Shown: positions 56,953 through 64,000 of the stretch, piece after piece
Layout of the letters: every line of letters starts with the position of its first letter
Position numbering within the stretch: the stretch's first letter is position 1
Origin: a bacterium UBP15_UBA6099
GTDB taxonomy: Bacteria; UBP15; UBA6099
DNA length: 64,000 bases
Reading direction: 5' to 3'
NCBI GenBank assembly: GCA_002435745.1
Contig: DIWT01000004.1
Coordinates: 19,096-83,095 of the forward strand
Translations under genes and position numbers: made by a program
The notes under the pieces: model-generated
Told to the model about the DNA's origin: nothing
Seen by the model: only the letters and a program-made list of their open reading frames with translations
Databases searched by the model: none

Positions 56953-58383
56953 ATGAACGCTCAGTCGCGCGACATGGTTTCCCCTAGGCACGCGTTCATC
57001 TTGGCCGCGATTATCGTGGCTTCAGTCGTCCTTAATTCTTTATTCGGATTTATCGATCCGGAATCGAGCCTGAAAGTCTCAAAATTCGTCGTCGGCTCAT
57101 ATTACGCCGGCGGCGCTCTTCTAACCCTTATCGCCATCCTCAATTTCGAGCTGGCGGTCCTAATTCTGATTTTCTTATCCCCGCTTGCCGGCTACACCTT
57201 GCCGGGCTTGAAGTTCTTCTTCACTCTGTCCGATATGTATTTGGTGATTCTTGTTTTTCTTATGTTAGTCCGTTCAAACCTCCGGCGTGAGCGCGGCGTT
57301 CCTTCTACCCACCTGAACAGAATAATTTTCATTTTCGTAGCTATCACCGTGTTATCCATGATGAACAGCAGAGACATGTCGAGCGGGTTCGCAAATCTGG
57401 CGCAGACTCTGGAATTCTTCGTCTTTGCTTATTTCCTGATTGTCGTCGCGGTTTACAAACGGGGCGTGCTTGACGCGATTATTTACGCGATTGTGATTGT
57501 CAGCGCCCTCGTGTCGATACAAGGGATACTTCAGTATTTCCAACTCGGCGGCGGCGACACGAGGATATTCGGCGCTCTGGGGCATTTCAACGCCACCGGC
57601 TCATATCTGGCGATGAACTTGGTCTTCACTTTCAATCTGGCTTTGGCCCAGAAGGATCTCAAAACGAAATACTTCTACTATGCGATAATAATACTGAACA
57701 CCGCCGCTCTTCTTATGACATTCTCGCGCGGAGCGTGGATCGCCACAATATTAGGCATAGTGTTGTCTGCGCAGATTCGAGGAATGATACAGTTCATCAG
57801 GGCGTTCGCGCTCATAGTAGTGGCGATAACGGTTCTGGCCGTAGCCGCGCCTCCCCGCTACATAGGAAGGCTTTACTCGGCTCCCCGCGTGGCTGACGAG
57901 GCTTCTCTCAGTCGCCTCCGCCAGTATGAAATCGCCACGGACACTATCTCCACGTATCCTCTGCTCGGCGTCGGGCTTGGCAGCAATCTCGAATATGTCA
58001 CTCTGGTCTACAATGAGCCTCACAACAGCGAGATTCACAATCTTTTCCTTCATGTCGGCAGCGAGAGGGGCGTCCCGGCGATGATAGCGCTATGCGCGAT
58101 CTTCGTGTCTTTCTTCGTTAATATCGTCCGCCGCATCGGCCGCACGACAGACCCTTTCTTTTACTCTTTTTACATCGCCCTGTTCGCCGCCGTCGTGGCG
58201 TTTGCGACTGTGAATATGTTTGCCTATCAGCTTATCCGCGGGCTTGGCATTCCGTTCGCCATATTTCTGGCGCTTTTCCCGGCGGCGACCTATATAGAAG
58301 ACAACACGCCGGCGGAGACTGAATGGGCGGGAATGCTTTCGTCCCTCGACCTGAAGCGACACCATATAGAAATGGGAATCTGA
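56953..58383 (+). CDS. O-antigen ligase/polymerase-like (Wzy_C) integral membrane protein
   Basis: About 11 TM segments with a large loop and FSRGAWIA-type motif typical of the Wzy_C family. Confidence 0.6.
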   Translation: MNAQSRDMVSPRHAFILAAIIVASVVLNSLFGFIDPESSLKVSKFVVGSYYAGGALLTLIAILNFELAVLILIFLSPLAGYTLPGLKFFFTLSDMYLVILVFLMLVRSNLRRERGVPSTHLNRIIFIFVAITVLSMMNSRDMSSGFANLAQTLEFFVFAYFLIVVAVYKRGVLDAIIYAIVIVSALVSIQGILQYFQLGGGDTRIFGALGHFNATGSYLAMNLVFTFNLALAQKDLKTKYFYYAIIILNTAALLMTFSRGAWIATILGIVLSAQIRGMIQFIRAFALIVVAITVLAVAAPPRYIGRLYSAPRVADEASLSRLRQYEIATDTISTYPLLGVGLGSNLEYVTLVYNEPHNSEIHNLFLHVGSERGVPAMIALCAIFVSFFVNIVRRIGRTTDPFFYSFYIALFAAVVAFATVNMFAYQLIRGLGIPFAIFLALFPAATYIEDNTPAETEWAGMLSSLDLKRHHIEMGI

Positions 58384-58386
58384 CCC

Positions 58387-59547
58387 GTGGCCCCAGCCGC
58401 CGTTCTCTACGTCGTCTGCGATTCAGACCTTTACGGCACGCAGAGGAACATTCTCAGCGCGGCGCGACGTCTGGACCCCGCCCGCCACATGCCTCTGGTC
58501 GCCTCGCCTCCGCGAGGACGTTTCACCGACGCTCTCAGGGCCGAAAGAATACCCCACTTCCCCGTGCCTCTCGCCAACCTCAGAGACGCCTCGTCCGTCG
58601 CCGCCCTGAGAAACATCATTGCGACCGAAAACGTCGCCATCGTCCATGCCCATCTCGGAATAAGCGCGTTCCTGTCGCTTGCGGCAGCGCGGCTTTCCGG
58701 CAACCCTCCAGTCGTCGCCACCCGCCACTTCATCGAGGATAGATACGCGACAATATCCAACCCCGCCCTTAAACGGCTTTACACCCGGATATATGCCCGC
58801 ATGAACAAGCGGTTCGCGCGCGTCATATTCGTGTCGGAGGCCGTTCGCTCAGCCATCGAGCGGCGCGAAGGCGCGCTCGGAGAGCGAGGCGTAGTCATCC
58901 CGAACGGAATAGACATACTGCGAGGGCCTTTCAAAGAGGAGCTTCTGCCAGAAGACTCGGAGCGGATACGCGACAGGTTCGGCGTCCCTCCCGGAAGATT
59001 CCTTGTCTCCACGCTCTCGCGTCTGGCGCCGGAGAAAGGGCTGGACACACTTCTCGAAACCGCCGCCGTCCTCGAACGCGCGTTCCCGGGACGCTTCCAC
59101 TTCATAGTCGCGGGCGAAGGCCCGCTGAGAGAGTCTCTGCCGTCCGCCGCCGCCGCCCTGAACGTTTCAGCTAGCGTGACGCTCGCCGGATACGTCGACA
59201 ACCCCGGAGAACTGCTGGCCGCGTCGGACGCTTTCGTGTTGTGCTCCCGCGCCGAGCCGTTCGGAATAGCCCTGCTGGAGGCTATGGCTGCGGGGCTGCC
59301 TTGCGTCGCCGCCGGCGCGGGCGGCCCGCTCGAAATCATCTCCGACAACGACAGCGGCCTGTTCTTCGCGCCGGGCGATGCGCGGGGATTGGCCTCGCGA
59401 CTGCTCGATATCGAAGCCGACCTTTCGTTGCGCGAGCGTTTGGTGCGCGGCGCCCGCGCCCGCGTCGTCAACTTCGACGAACGCTCTCTCTCCTTGCTCC
59501 TCGCCTCCGTTTATGACGATGCGCTCGCCCTCGGCAAACGCCGGTAA
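58387..59547 (+). CDS. Glycosyltransferase family 4 (GT-B, group 1)
   Basis: The C-terminal EPFGIALLEAMAAGLPCVAA is the E-x7-E-like GT4 signature. Confidence 0.8.
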   Translation: MAPAAVLYVVCDSDLYGTQRNILSAARRLDPARHMPLVASPPRGRFTDALRAERIPHFPVPLANLRDASSVAALRNIIATENVAIVHAHLGISAFLSLAAARLSGNPPVVATRHFIEDRYATISNPALKRLYTRIYARMNKRFARVIFVSEAVRSAIERREGALGERGVVIPNGIDILRGPFKEELLPEDSERIRDRFGVPPGRFLVSTLSRLAPEKGLDTLLETAAVLERAFPGRFHFIVAGEGPLRESLPSAAAALNVSASVTLAGYVDNPGELLAASDAFVLCSRAEPFGIALLEAMAAGLPCVAAGAGGPLEIISDNDSGLFFAPGDARGLASRLLDIEADLSLRERLVRGARARVVNFDERSLSLLLASVYDDALALGKRR

Positions 59548-59717
59548 TCCATTATAAAACAGGCTTGATTGTCGTTTTTTTCTGCTAACGATTTATTTGT
59601 GTTGCCATAAAGCAATGGTTTTTGAATCTGCGCGCGCTATCGGCGAATCAGGCTTACAGCGTCATATATACGAAGAACTAAATGAAAGCTCCCATTTGCT
59701 ATTTTGGTGAAAAGCAT

Positions 59718-59746
59718 CATGCGCAAAAGAAAAAGTTTTGCGCATG
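59718..59746. repeat. Perfect palindrome catgcgcaaaa-gaaaaag-ttttgcgcatg in an AT-rich convergent intergenic region
   Basis: Read directly. It has 11-bp arms. Confidence 0.5.
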
Positions 59747-59836
59747 GCACACTTGGCAGTGGGTAGAATCATCTAATAGCATGTATAATATCATTTGTGA
59801 TTTTATACGGTAGTATTACTAAAGCAAGCAGATGTT

Positions 59837-60862
59837 CTAGCCCTTTTTCACAAAAACGATCTGGACGCCGTGCGCCCATGAGACAAGTCTGAACGTTCTG
59901 TGAAGCGCTTCGATGAACACGAGGCAGGCGAGCAGAATCGGATGCCTGTCGAAAAACATGCTGCCGCTGAAGACAGACGCCGGGATAATCTCTGCCGGAG
60001 CTAGGCCAGCTTCCGCGCCCGCCTTAAGGTATCCTTTCAGATTCATTTCGGATATGTGGCCGTAACCGTGTTCCGGCTTGTCGGTCTTGCCGATGCCCGG
60101 TTTTGTGCCGCCGTCGTAATACTTTTTCTCAAGTTTTCCGAACGAAACGGCGCTCAGGATTTTTGAGGCCGTCTTGAAAAGGCTGTTCTTGAGGGGAGAG
60201 GTGAACACGATTTTGCCGCCGGGCTTCAGCGTCCGCGCGGTCTCTCTCAAAGCGGCGGCGAGGTCTTGGCTGTGTTCGAGAACGTCAGAGCAGAGAATGA
60301 TGTGGAAAGAGCCGTCCTCGAATACAAGCCCGGCGTCGACATCGCCCTCTGAAAACTCGCAGTTGTCGTATCCCGGTATCGCGTCGCTGAAAGCCGTGGC
60401 GAACTCAAGGGCCTTAGGGTCTATGTCGATTCCGGCGAAGTGGATGTCGTTCCCGCCGCCGTGCCGGGCGTTGAGCATGAAGATATGGTTTCCATACGCG
60501 CAACCGACGTCCAGAACCCGGATTTCTTTTGTTCCTGCCGTCCTGAGCCTTTCAATCTCTTCTTTCACAATTCTGAATATGTTGGCGTTCCTTTCCCTGT
60601 CCATCCAGACGGTGAGCAGGGAGATTTCGCGCTCGTGCTGATGCGCCACCTTGTTTTCGAGCGAGGGCCGGAACTTCTCTCCCTCTCTTAATAACAGTTT
60701 TCTGTAAAGGCCGTCCATTAAGAATCTGTCCCGGACGCGGTATTGCGGCGAAAACGCGCCGCGAGCGTAGAATCCGCGAAAGTCTGATTCACTATCATAT
60801 TCTACAAAGAAAACCGGCGAAGGCAAATCCGGGGGTGGCGGCGGGGGGCGGTTGCTTATCAA
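59837..60862 (-). CDS. Class I SAM-dependent methyltransferase
   Basis: Motif I IRVLDVGCAYGNH and the post-I LKPGGKIVFTS. Confidence 0.75.
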   Translation of the reverse strand: MISNRPPPPPPDLPSPVFFVEYDSESDFRGFYARGAFSPQYRVRDRFLMDGLYRKLLLREGEKFRPSLENKVAHQHEREISLLTVWMDRERNANIFRIVKEEIERLRTAGTKEIRVLDVGCAYGNHIFMLNARHGGGNDIHFAGIDIDPKALEFATAFSDAIPGYDNCEFSEGDVDAGLVFEDGSFHIILCSDVLEHSQDLAAALRETARTLKPGGKIVFTSPLKNSLFKTASKILSAVSFGKLEKKYYDGGTKPGIGKTDKPEHGYGHISEMNLKGYLKAGAEAGLAPAEIIPASVFSGSMFFDRHPILLACLVFIEALHRTFRLVSWAHGVQIVFVKKG

Positions 60863-60976
60863 TCATTGCGTGTAAAAAAGGTTGCTTTTTTGCGTCTTGA
60901 TGCGCGCTCTCGGGGCGACGGATAATCAAGACGCGAAAGCTGAAAACACAAATCTTAACAACGGAGGACTCGAAGG

Positions 60977-62119
60977 ATGAAGATTGACGTGAGGGTTGCG
61001 CGCGTTTTTGCGACTGCGGCGCTCATTGCGGCGGTCGCGGCGCAGTTTGCCGGAGCGCAAAAGGCTCCGCAAGGAGCGAAGGGCGGCAAGGCCGAAGACG
61101 CGAACGTGATGATTGTTTATTCTGGAAAGCATTTTGCGTCCGCCGACCCGATGAGCGCCGTGTCAGGCTCGTCGTTGCCGACGAAAAGGCAGGTTGAAAG
61201 CGAAACGAAAGAGCCCTCGCTCGAAGATAGGATGTCCGGCCTCGAAAGCAGGATGGACGACATACAGAAGGATTTAAGAAAGATATCCATATTGATAAGC
61301 GGGTTCGCGGGCGACTACCCGGTGTTCAAGACGGAGACTGCCGGCAAGCTTGAAAGGATTTCCGCGCAGGTGGGCTCGTTCCAAAAAGACGTGTCGGACG
61401 TTGAAAAAGCAAAGGCGGCGGCTCTCGATGCCGCCGCGAAGATGGAGGCGATGCGAGGCGAGGCGCTTATTCTGGCGGAGGATATCAAGACGAGCCGGAA
61501 TTATTTGAGCGAGAGGTACGAGGAACTGCGCTTCGTGGAAGAGAACATAGGAAAGGTTGCGGAGGACGCTGGAAATAAAAAGCAACAAATAGACCAGAGA
61601 TACGACGCTTTTAAAGAGTATTCGGAAAAGCTTAACGACAGGACGTCGATGCTGGCGGACATGGCGATGCGCGCCGCCGGAAACGCTCAGAGCCAAGCCG
61701 TCGCCGCCGAGCGAAAAGCGGAAAACGCGCAGAAAACAATCGTGGATACCGCTAAGACTGCGGCAGGAGAAAAGTATTCGGAGGAATACCCCGATCTTTC
61801 CGATAGGATTCGAGAAATGGTCGACAAGCGCACCGATGTGGTTTTTGATGAATCAATGAAGACAGCCAAAGATGTGGTGGTATCCGGAATAGAGGCTGCT
61901 GTTAGTCATACGATGATGTGTCTCGGTATAGTAGCGATTATGGTAACCTTTGTCGCGACAGTAGTAACAGTGTATTTCAGCAAAAGGCTCAATTTTGAGA
62001 CCGAAATAAGCAAAAGCGACTCGAAAAAAAGACGCGACGCGGACGACGAGACCGCGCCGCTGCTGCCCGAAAAGGCGGCGACAAAGCCTCCTGAGCCAGA
62101 GGATAAAACGGCAAGCTGA
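60977..62119 (+). CDS. Hypothetical secreted/membrane-anchored coiled-coil protein
   Basis: A signal peptide, long Glu/Lys/Ala-rich helical regions, and a C-terminal TM helix (IVAIMVTFVATVVTVYF). Confidence 0.45.
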   Translation: MKIDVRVARVFATAALIAAVAAQFAGAQKAPQGAKGGKAEDANVMIVYSGKHFASADPMSAVSGSSLPTKRQVESETKEPSLEDRMSGLESRMDDIQKDLRKISILISGFAGDYPVFKTETAGKLERISAQVGSFQKDVSDVEKAKAAALDAAAKMEAMRGEALILAEDIKTSRNYLSERYEELRFVEENIGKVAEDAGNKKQQIDQRYDAFKEYSEKLNDRTSMLADMAMRAAGNAQSQAVAAERKAENAQKTIVDTAKTAAGEKYSEEYPDLSDRIREMVDKRTDVVFDESMKTAKDVVVSGIEAAVSHTMMCLGIVAIMVTFVATVVTVYFSKRLNFETEISKSDSKKRRDADDETAPLLPEKAATKPPEPEDKTAS

Positions 62120-62229
62120 CAATCTGCGGAATGAACAAAGATGGAAGGGGAAGATTGTGTGAGCGGCATATGATTTGCTTTCAGTCGCCGCGAGGCGGGC
62201 GTTGAAAAAACAAAACGGGGAGGGCGATT

Positions 62230-62565
62230 ATGCAAGAACAGGGGTTTATGAGCGTGGATCAGGCAAAAAGCGTCGCAATTTCATTCCTAGGTCAGTTCGG
62301 AAGCTCGGTTTCGGAAAGCGACAGTATAGATTGGAACATTGTTTTTAAGAATAAACTGGCATCTTCGGGCTGGAACCGCGAACAGGTTCTCGGGTGGGCG
62401 TTGATGATTCTAAACGGGATTGTGAACACGGAGATGGGTTCCCAGCCGGGCATCTGGCACATGGAAGAGAATAAATGGTTCCGGTATTTTGCGACGTGGG
62501 TAAGTTCCGGAGAGCAGTCCAACAGCTTTGAAAACTTCGTCGCATTTTTGAGATGGGCGGTGTGA
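62230..62565 (+). CDS. Hypothetical protein (111 aa)
   Basis: ORF with a GGGGAGGG RBS. I recognise no family. Confidence 0.4.
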   Translation: MQEQGFMSVDQAKSVAISFLGQFGSSVSESDSIDWNIVFKNKLASSGWNREQVLGWALMILNGIVNTEMGSQPGIWHMEENKWFRYFATWVSSGEQSNSFENFVAFLRWAV

Positions 62566-63974
62566 CAATGCAAAAATACAACGGAGCAGTCGCGGCGGCG
62601 GTTCTAGCATTGTCACTGGTCATGTCTTGCGCGGCGGCGGCGGGGCAAGAGGGCGGAAACCGGACGGCAAAAAGCGAAATAGCCGCATCGGCCAATGCGG
62701 AGGAAACCCGTCCTGTTTGCGATCCGGGAAAACTCGCGATATCTAAGACTCTGGAATACAGCTATACGATGAAAAAGTTTTTGGCGACCGTGGAGTTTGG
62801 CGAGAATTACGTGGATAAAGACAAGACGCCAAGCGATGTTCAACCTGTAGCGACGGAGAAAGACCCGATGCTTTGCGTGGGAGAAAAAGACAAGGAATGT
62901 GTGGAAATCACGCCACTTGAATGTAATTTCAGAATTGTAAAGGAGGGAAAAAAGGTCGAGGCAGCCGACGCGAACACCGGAATGGAGAAGTTTGAGATTC
63001 AATGCTCATACGATGCCCGAAAGGTGGAAGCGGCGAAGCGGCTATCCGCAGAAATAAAGCTGACCACTCCGCCCGGAACGTTCGTGTGCTCAGGCCAACC
63101 GATATCCGAAGAAATTGTTTTCACTCTGGAAGACAAGGGAAAGTTGCTTGAAAAACTTTTCAGGGCGGGGCCGAAGATTGGAGTTGAAAATCTCGAAGTG
63201 GCGCCATCCGCGAGTTCGGACGAGTCAGGCAAAGACGGTTTTTACATCAAGTTCGATTTCACGACGACTCCGGCGGGAATGAAGCATAAATATTCGGAAG
63301 ATGGGCAGGGCATGACAACGCAATATTGGTCCGCAAAGATGTCCGGCAAATTCGCCACGAACGAAGCCGACTATTTCGACGCCCTGAAGTTCGAGGGCGC
63401 GTGGGTGGCGGAGAGATCGAGCTGGGGCGAGGGGAACTTGCTCGCGGACCGCTCATTCTCGGTGTACGCGCGGCCTGAGACTACATCGGACGGGGACGAC
63501 ACGGATTTCAACTGCGGTTTGAGGTTGGCGGGAGTTCCCCGCGTCGCAATCCGAACCGGCAACAGAATGAACTTCCAGCCGTATCCCTACGCGCAACTGA
63601 GTTTCGAGTCGGTCAATCCCGTGAAGCGCAAGACAGGCGACGAGCCGGAGGCGTACGAACGCGTCACCGGCGCTCTGCGGTGGGATATTTATCTGACCAA
63701 CGATTCTCTTCTTTCGTTCGACGGCAGATTGGACCGGAACTTCGGCGCGGGCGAAGCGCCGCGTTGGACCCGTCTGGTTGATTTGAAAGTGATGATCGCG
63801 GATGACATCGCAGACGGCGCGGGAGGGACGAAGCGGAAGTGGACGCCTTTCATCAAGTACACAGTCGGCAAGGACGGCCCGAAGAGCGAATTCATTCAAA
63901 AAACCATGCTCGGAGTCTTGTTCGGCATTTCTGACACCGGCAAAACGACGCCCGCAAAACCCAAATCGGATTAG
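62553..63974 (+). CDS. Hypothetical lipoprotein/secreted protein (473 aa)
   Basis: The signal/lipobox is LALSLVMSC. I recognise no family. Confidence 0.45.
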   Translation: MGGVTMQKYNGAVAAAVLALSLVMSCAAAAGQEGGNRTAKSEIAASANAEETRPVCDPGKLAISKTLEYSYTMKKFLATVEFGENYVDKDKTPSDVQPVATEKDPMLCVGEKDKECVEITPLECNFRIVKEGKKVEAADANTGMEKFEIQCSYDARKVEAAKRLSAEIKLTTPPGTFVCSGQPISEEIVFTLEDKGKLLEKLFRAGPKIGVENLEVAPSASSDESGKDGFYIKFDFTTTPAGMKHKYSEDGQGMTTQYWSAKMSGKFATNEADYFDALKFEGAWVAERSSWGEGNLLADRSFSVYARPETTSDGDDTDFNCGLRLAGVPRVAIRTGNRMNFQPYPYAQLSFESVNPVKRKTGDEPEAYERVTGALRWDIYLTNDSLLSFDGRLDRNFGAGEAPRWTRLVDLKVMIADDIADGAGGTKRKWTPFIKYTVGKDGPKSEFIQKTMLGVLFGISDTGKTTPAKPKSD

Positions 63975-64000
63975 AAGAAGAAGCGGTCGCGGCAAAGCAA

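Overview
This is a high-GC bacterial chromosomal window, roughly 60% G+C by eye. The gene order secD-secF-recJ-apt-relA is Firmicutes-like. Most of the window is housekeeping or accessory metabolism: a CheY-like receiver, an XRE regulator, a nitrilase-family hydrolase, three tandem short flagellin genes that each have a sigma-28-type promoter and a terminator, a B12-binding radical SAM protein, HtpX, a Mur ligase, a STAS protein, a RimI-like acetyltransferase, thioredoxin, RelA/SpoT, Apt, RecJ, SecDF, a PFL-family glycyl radical enzyme next to a duplicated FGGY-kinase/glycerol-3-phosphate dehydrogenase/FAD-oxidase/GntR block, a PfkB kinase, adenosylhomocysteinase, and a BY-kinase/ParB-like/O-antigen-ligase-like/GT4 exopolysaccharide operon. 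Three regions look horizontally acquired. (1) A sharply AT-rich island of about 4.9 kb (~7990-12900) carries an unannotated 48-codon Cys-containing candidate precursor peptide (8932-9078), a radical SAM/SPASM enzyme with an N-terminal PqqD-like RRE, and a translationally coupled SNF2-family helicase. This RiPP-like cassette welded to a chromatin-remodeller-type ATPase is the most novel system in the window. (2) An intermediate-GC defense module (15914-21409) encodes a T5orf172/GIY-YIG-like domain fused to an SF2 helicase, a DinD/Bro-N protein, a gamma-class N6-adenine methyltransferase and a truncated methyltransferase paralog. It is Type III-like but architecturally atypical. (3) A short AT-rich insert (~29215-30170) carries a RelE/ParE toxin-antitoxin pair and appears to have added a zinc-ribbon-like C-terminal extension to thioredoxin. 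All calls come from reading motifs in the six-frame translations and the DNA. No database search or HMM was run.
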